From an uncultured virus (IMG/VR IMGVR_UViG_3300042350_001000) (lineage: Duplodnaviria > Heunggongvirae > Uroviricota > Caudoviricetes): a DNA stretch of 20,000 nt. The stretch is from the IMG/VR virus record IMGVR_UViG_3300042350_001000. One strand, 5' to 3'. Under the pieces are notes generated by a model. The model was not told where the DNA came from. It did no database searches and saw nothing but the letters and a program-made list of their open reading frames with translations. The translations under genes and the position numbers were made by a program. Below are positions 15,018-20,000 of this stretch, one piece after another (position 1 is the stretch's first letter; each line of letters begins with the position of its first letter).

Positions 15018-17101
15018 GGCGTGTAACCCCTGACATCGCCCATGTCGAGCGACAAGAGAATGCGGCCCATTTGATAGTCCCCGCCGATGATATTGGACTC
15101 AAACTTGAGCCTCAGTTCCCGGCGCTGCTCTTTTAAGTCGATCTTAGTCGTGTTTGCATCAAACGTATAAGGGCCGGTTGTAACGTCGGCTGCCTGCGCG
15201 TAAGGACGCCCAATGATGTACATGGTCATCTCTTGGTCTTGCAGGAAGTCAGGCTCCACGCGCTCTAGGCGGGACCAGAAATTGTCACCGATCGGAACCT
15301 CTTGCGCAGGGTTGCCAGTCACCCAGGACAGGTCGTGCGTCGTGAAATATGAGTCGATGGCAGATACCGAAGGACCGTCCACAACATCCACGCCGACCTC
15401 ATGCTGCCAAAGCTTGGTATAGCCGCCGCCAATATCTTCGGTGCCTCCGGCGACCGGATACTTGAAAACCTGGGAGAAGTAGCCCGAGGAGCGTTGAGCA
15501 TGAATGCTTTGGCCTGCGTCGTACCACGTCTTTTCGCGGACGTTGTAAATAATCGCATCGGTACATTCGGTGGCCGATCCTCGAGGGTAGAACCACCAGA
15601 TCTCGCCATAGCGAGGCACCTTCCAGGCCCAAACCTTCTGCCGCTGGGTGTAGTTCAGATTGTCGAAGAACCAGTTTTGGTTCATCGGGTTCGGGATCTC
15701 TTGGACGACGCCGTTATACATCAAGAAGCGATCAACCCCGCACCAGTAATAAATCCCGTCGTACTCGATAACACCCGAAGACGATAGGATCGAAGACTGC
15801 GAAGTAATAATGTCGTAGCGCCAGTAATCCGGAGCACCGATATAAGAGACGCGAATCAGCGAATCAAGCGACCAAAATAAGCCGGAGGGAGCGTTCGTAC
15901 CGCCTCGCACCGGAAGGCCCTTGACGATCTTGCCCGTAGCGACGTTGACCTCGTTGGCGTCGGCTGAGTTCCAGTCCAGGGGATTCCCCTTGGAATTGTT
16001 CTTAATCAGGCCCGAGTTGCCGTAAACGAAGATGTACGGATGAAGAGCGACAACGCCACCAGAGACCGAGACGATGTCACCCGTCGGATCAGGGCCGCTA
16101 ACGTCGCGAAGCTCGGTCAATGTCGTCCCGGTAATCGCGCCATAAAGCACTGGCGTGTTGGTTGTCGAGTCGACCTGCGCCAGATTCTGCCCTGGGTGGA
16201 CTAAAAGCTGATTTACACCACCCTGCGAATCGTAAGAAGAGTCGAATTGATAAACATTATTGGCGCTTGCAGTGAAAACCGAACTAATAGTCGCAACTTG
16301 GATGCTAAATGGCGTTGTTACAGTCCCGCCAAGGTTCGTGGCACTCGCCGAAAGCGAATTTCCGACCGTATAACCGACGCCTGATTGCGTATAAGCGACC
16401 GTAATGGTCGAAACTGGCACTGAAAAGCCTGAGCCAGTGCCGCCAAGATTGGCCGTGGTAGCTGAAAGCACGTCACCAGGGGTGTATCCGGCGCCTAAAT
16501 CGGTTAAAGCGACCGCTGTGACCGCCCCGCCGGAGATTGTGACCGTCGCAATGGCTCCTGAACCGAGGCCTCCAGTAAGAGGAACGTCGGTATAAGTGCC
16601 GTTTGTGTATGCAGATCCGCCCGTAATGGTTCCGAGCGTCAAAATCGGGCCGGTTGTTGTAATAACGACTGACGTTACGGACCCGCCAGCGATCGTGATG
16701 TTGCAATAAAGGCCGGTTCCGGTACCTCCGGTCATGGCCACGCCGTTATAGGTGCCGTTGGTATAACCCGTACCGCCTACAAGCGTTCCAAGCGTTGCTG
16801 CCGGTCCCGTAAAGGTGAAATTAGAGACGCCAGCACCGACGCCGTTGTTATCGACGCCAATAACCTGAATGCCTGAAGCGTAGGACGTAAAGATGTTGTT
16901 AATGCCGTTGCTGGAATCAACGAACATCCCTCGAGTCGGGCCATAGATCTGATTGGAGATCCGCTTAACGCCAAGGACTTTTCTAGGCCGTCCGCGCTGA
17001 AAGCGTACCCATAAGCCATCAGAGTATTGATCCCCGTCCAAAACGGTACCGTCCCGGCGTATCCCAGGCTGGGTATTGATCGTAATGACTTTTTCAGTCA
17101 T
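15014..17101 (-). CDS. Probable tail nozzle / tail tubular protein B-like (P22 gp10-type), 695 aa, with inserted Gly/Thr-rich repeat domains
   Basis: WVRFQRGRPRK N-terminus, beta-propeller-like aromatic pattern, EIWWFYP...IIYN...W motif; size and position downstream of the adaptor fit. Confidence 0.72.
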   Translation of the reverse strand: MTEKVITINTQPGIRRDGTVLDGDQYSDGLWVRFQRGRPRKVLGVKRISNQIYGPTRGMFVDSSNGINNIFTSYASGIQVIGVDNNGVGAGVSNFTFTGPAATLGTLVGGTGYTNGTYNGVAMTGGTGTGLYCNITIAGGSVTSVVITTTGPILTLGTITGGSAYTNGTYTDVPLTGGLGSGAIATVTISGGAVTAVALTDLGAGYTPGDVLSATTANLGGTGSGFSVPVSTITVAYTQSGVGYTVGNSLSASATNLGGTVTTPFSIQVATISSVFTASANNVYQFDSSYDSQGGVNQLLVHPGQNLAQVDSTTNTPVLYGAITGTTLTELRDVSGPDPTGDIVSVSGGVVALHPYIFVYGNSGLIKNNSKGNPLDWNSADANEVNVATGKIVKGLPVRGGTNAPSGLFWSLDSLIRVSYIGAPDYWRYDIITSQSSILSSSGVIEYDGIYYWCGVDRFLMYNGVVQEIPNPMNQNWFFDNLNYTQRQKVWAWKVPRYGEIWWFYPRGSATECTDAIIYNVREKTWYDAGQSIHAQRSSGYFSQVFKYPVAGGTEDIGGGYTKLWQHEVGVDVVDGPSVSAIDSYFTTHDLSWVTGNPAQEVPIGDNFWSRLERVEPDFLQDQEMTMYIIGRPYAQAADVTTGPYTFDANTTKIDLKEQRRELRLKFESNIIGGDYQMGRILLSLDMGDVRGYTP

Positions 17102-18309
17102 TAAAACGCACCTCCAGCCAATCCATCGGTTGTTAGTAGCATCTTGGCTGTGCCGCCAATAGACATACCAATAGCCGAGCCGCCGGTTGGCCGGTACATG
17201 CCAGTATTGGTCTCATTAGTAAAGTTCAAAGCCGGAGACGCAGCAGACCCATCAATGATTGAGATCGCAGATCCACCGGTAATAACCGTGGTTGCGTTCA
17301 AGACATTAACGGAGTCGCAAACCAACGTGGCTTGTTGAGAAGCCGCCAACGAGGAATTAGTACCGCCTCCGACGTTAGTCGTGAAAATGACGTTTGCCGT
17401 TCCCGATGTTTGATTTAAGGCAAAGTAAACCTGAACCGCAGCAGGAAGGACGACCGTCACGTTACTGTTAATCGAGGTCCCTGTGACCTTGATGATCGTG
17501 TTTTGGGCCTGGGCCGGTGTAAGCGTGTAGGTTGATCCCGAAGTAACCGGAAGGGTTAATTGAGAGTACGCAAATGTCGTTTCCTGGCCAAGCCCAACGG
17601 TATAAAACGCGGTACCCGAGCAGCAGATAAAAGCCGAGTCTCCAATCTGCAAGGCAAGGCTTGCCGAACCATTGATGAGTTCAGAGCTATTAGGGTCAAT
17701 GGTCAGCAACCCGGTTCCGCCGTTGCGGATCATCATGAACCAATCGTCACCGAGTGTTGCGGCCGCGGTAAGGTTAAGCGTGCCAACGCCGCCAGTCCAT
17801 ACTATTGCCTTGGCCCGATAGGTTGCGTCGGCAGTAAAGGTGCTGGTAACCGTTGCAACAGGGTGAGACTGGTTTAGCGTTGTTGTTATGGCTTTAAGGC
17901 CATACCCAGCAAGCGATGCGGCATCGGCCGAGCTTGATCCCACGCCAAAAGCAATAACGCCCCAGGTTCCAGCGGCTGTGGAATTATCCGTTACATAAAT
18001 GTATTTAGCCTCACCGGCGGCAACGGCTACGATGGTGTTACCAGCGTAGTCGCGGACCGTGAAAGTATTTGAGCCGGTGTTTCTAACAAGCGAGTCCGTG
18101 CCAACCGAAGTTTGATTGGCAGGCGGCATATATACCGACAGGCTTGTCGTTGATGCCGAGATCTGCATGACCCTGGCAGCGTAATCGCCAGCAGCATCAC
18201 CATCTTGCGGCCAAAACAGGACAAGGTTTGCCGATATGGAAAACGATTTATAACTGACGTCTGTCGGTTGGATGACGTCGCCCGTGAAAACACTAACGTA
18301 TGAGGTCAT
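17101..18309 (-). CDS. Tail-associated structural protein (402 aa, beta-rich; fibre/appendage-like)
   Basis: Thr/Ala/Gly-rich beta repeats; C-terminal DGSAASPALNFTNETNTGMYRP motif typical of fibre proteins. Confidence 0.65.
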   Translation of the reverse strand: MTSYVSVFTGDVIQPTDVSYKSFSISANLVLFWPQDGDAAGDYAARVMQISASTTSLSVYMPPANQTSVGTDSLVRNTGSNTFTVRDYAGNTIVAVAAGEAKYIYVTDNSTAAGTWGVIAFGVGSSSADAASLAGYGLKAITTTLNQSHPVATVTSTFTADATYRAKAIVWTGGVGTLNLTAAATLGDDWFMMIRNGGTGLLTIDPNSSELINGSASLALQIGDSAFICCSGTAFYTVGLGQETTFAYSQLTLPVTSGSTYTLTPAQAQNTIIKVTGTSINSNVTVVLPAAVQVYFALNQTSGTANVIFTTNVGGGTNSSLAASQQATLVCDSVNVLNATTVITGGSAISIIDGSAASPALNFTNETNTGMYRPTGGSAIGMSIGGTAKMLLTTDGLAGGAF

Positions 18310-18935
18310 ACTTCTTGCACCGTAGCAGATCGATCGATCGTGCGAGTATCGTTCTCAAGCTTGAGCGTCTGTATCGCACGGTCATACAGGGCTTGCCAAA
18401 GCTGAACTCGAGAATCGTTCTTCAAAAAGGGAATCGCTTGCAGGAGCGTGCCGTACAACATTGCCTGAGGCGCGTTGATCGTGAACCAGTTCGTTTGATT
18501 GGTTGCGTCTAGCGGTTGGATCTTCTCGTAGTAAAGGATCTCAATCGCATAATCATCGCTTGGCGTTGGCGCAATAAGCCAATGATCGAAGTCGTAGTCA
18601 CCATAGTATTTTGGCACGCCCTCTTGCGTTGGATCGGGCCAGTAATTGCGCATGTATTCATACTTACGAAGCAATAATGGGAAACGCTCCCCGGCCACCG
18701 TTACATTCATGGAGGTCGTTTTCCTCCAGCGGGTTGGCTTTTGAAGCGTTGGGTCACCCTGCACCAAGGTCGTGGAAACAGTTTGCTGCTGACCAAGGAT
18801 CTTTAGCTCGTCGGAGATAATCGACTCGGCGAGGTTGATAAAAGACGGGATCTGATTGATCGTCTGCGCGTCCGAGCGTTCCAGGTAGAGCGTGACATCC
18901 GCTACCAGGGACGTGTAGGTCATGGTGACAGCCAT
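18306..18935 (-). CDS. Head-tail adaptor / tail tubular protein A-like (209 aa)
   Basis: TY..L...V..YLER.D...IP.FI.LAE, P.YY...IAPTP...Y.IEILYY, TNW....PQAMLYG.L.QA.PFLKND.R pattern. Confidence 0.8.
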   Translation of the reverse strand: MAVTMTYTSLVADVTLYLERSDAQTINQIPSFINLAESIISDELKILGQQQTVSTTLVQGDPTLQKPTRWRKTTSMNVTVAGERFPLLLRKYEYMRNYWPDPTQEGVPKYYGDYDFDHWLIAPTPSDDYAIEILYYEKIQPLDATNQTNWFTINAPQAMLYGTLLQAIPFLKNDSRVQLWQALYDRAIQTLKLENDTRTIDRSATVQEV

Positions 18936-19336
18936 TATCGGTACCTTGCAGTTTTCTCGCGGATCTTCGAGGGTTGAGCGACAAATTGCTTACCGGACTT
19001 GGTACCCTCACGCTTAGCGCGTGTGGTGGCTGCATACTCAGCAGGCGAAAGCGCCTCTCGCGCTCTCCGGGGCAGGTACCGTTCACCGGTGGCCTTAGGC
19101 CCTTGCGTGGAAGGCTTACCGGATTTTGTACCCCAATCCTCGCTCGTCCACTTTGAGAGCGAATTATCCGCCTTTTTGGGACCTTTGTAACCCCCACCCG
19201 AAGCTTTGTACTTCTGGGTCGCTAACTGAGCCTTGCGGGCGCTCCATTGGCCTGGATCGCCGCCTTTATCGGAGGCCTTTACGGACGCCACAATGCGCTT
19301 CCACTTGGCCGGATCTGACTTGATCGCTGAACTCAT
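18935..19336 (-). CDS. DUF5872-like basic protein (133 aa)
   Basis: GGDPGQWSARKAQL...Y...GGGYKG...L.KW..EDW.T...RYLP signature. Confidence 0.75.
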   Translation of the reverse strand: MSSAIKSDPAKWKRIVASVKASDKGGDPGQWSARKAQLATQKYKASGGGYKGPKKADNSLSKWTSEDWGTKSGKPSTQGPKATGERYLPRRAREALSPAEYAATTRAKREGTKSGKQFVAQPSKIREKTARYR

Positions 19337-19800
19337 CGCATTAACGCGGCCTCGGCCGCCCTCCTACGGGTTAGTCCTGGCAAAACCCTGCCAGCGGCTT
19401 TATTCCATTTCAGGCACTCATCCGCGGCACCATCCCAGTTATCGGCGTCGATACGCTTTTTGAAGGTGCTCACCCTGTAGTTACCAAGGCCGCAGTTATA
19501 GGCCCAGCTTGTAACCGCTGCCATGCGCCTTGGGATCGCTTTTGACAGGCTGGGCGACATCTTGAGCAAACCCCGCACGAAATATTCGACGTGGTGGTCT
19601 AGGGCGTCCTCGCACTGCTCGATCGTCCAGATGGTCCCAGGATTGATTTCTGGGCCCGTAGCACCCCATCCTATGGTCCAAGGATGGCCACGAGTCCCAG
19701 GGTCGGGATAAGCTGTTACACGGCCATCAGGCAAACGCTTTGCCAGCCCTTCAAAGGGCTTGATCAGTACATCCTTGCAAAGCTTCTTAGCCTCATTCAC
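19333..19800 (-). CDS. Endolysin, GH24 phage lysozyme (155 aa)
   Basis: FEGL...AYPD...WTIGWG, S.AYN.G, W.KA.GRVL.GL.RRR.AE motifs; GTG start overlapping the upstream stop. Confidence 0.92.
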   Translation of the reverse strand: MNEAKKLCKDVLIKPFEGLAKRLPDGRVTAYPDPGTRGHPWTIGWGATGPEINPGTIWTIEQCEDALDHHVEYFVRGLLKMSPSLSKAIPRRMAAVTSWAYNCGLGNYRVSTFKKRIDADNWDGAADECLKWNKAAGRVLPGLTRRRAAEAALMR

Positions 19801-19975
19801 TGGACTTCTCTTTGATCAATCGGTTGACATGTTCCCAAAGCGCGTGGATTTGCCTGTCGTGGTCCTTCTCAAGGTAATCAAGCCGAGTCTTAATGGTCAC
19901 GGCATAAACGGCCACGCCAACAAGCGCAACCCCCAAGAACCAAACCCTTGCGAGGGAATCGATCAAGGCTTCCAC
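19793..19975 (-). CDS. Small single-pass membrane protein with coiled-coil tail (60 aa), possibly lysis-related
   Basis: VWFLGVALVGVAVYAVTI hydrophobic segment; directly upstream of the endolysin; AAGGTGG RBS and GTG start. Confidence 0.65.
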   Translation of the reverse strand: MEALIDSLARVWFLGVALVGVAVYAVTIKTRLDYLEKDHDRQIHALWEHVNRLIKEKSSE

Positions 19976-19977
19976 GA

Positions 19978-20000
19978 CTACCCACCTTTGTTGTACTTCT
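19978..20000 (-). CDS. 3' end of an upstream gene (...KYNKGG*), product unknown
   Basis: Frame ending in TAG at 19980-19978, 2 nt before the next start; too short to identify. Confidence 0.35.

Noticed and set aside
1..20000. Stop-codon reassignment, diversity-generating retroelement, introns/inteins, integrase or att site
   Set aside because: Genes tile densely in the standard code with TAA, TAG and TGA all used as stops; no reverse transcriptase, TR/VR pair, intein or recombinase motifs were seen.

Overview
A 20-kb piece of a tailed dsDNA phage genome, most likely a short-tailed (podovirus-type) phage. It has three transcription blocks. (1) A leftward block at 1-504 holds a Cro-like HTH gene, a hypothetical gene and a promoter-driven structured RNA at the window edge. 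(2) A rightward early block at 851-7033 holds an acidic-tailed ssDNA-binding/replication protein, a PD-(D/E)XK exonuclease and about 15 small ORFs, and ends in a fucosyltransferase-superfamily glycosyltransferase. (3) A leftward late block at 20000-7017 holds a membrane protein, GH24 endolysin, DUF5872-like protein, adaptor, tail proteins and four probable internal-virion/ejection proteins, the last with a lytic transglycosylase domain. No integrase, CI repressor, tRNA, CRISPR or transposase was seen. The main points of interest are: a divergent-promoter region with two paired operator-like motifs but no repressor gene; a shared +1 hairpin leader with a compensatory base change at two early promoters; a C4-like three-way-junction RNA with its own promoter; a codon-scrambled (Gly-Ser)86 tract in a 1243-aa virion-module protein; a repeat domain nested inside a copy of itself in the tail nozzle; and the phage-encoded glycosyltransferase. 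All family calls come from motif recognition by eye; no database searches were run.
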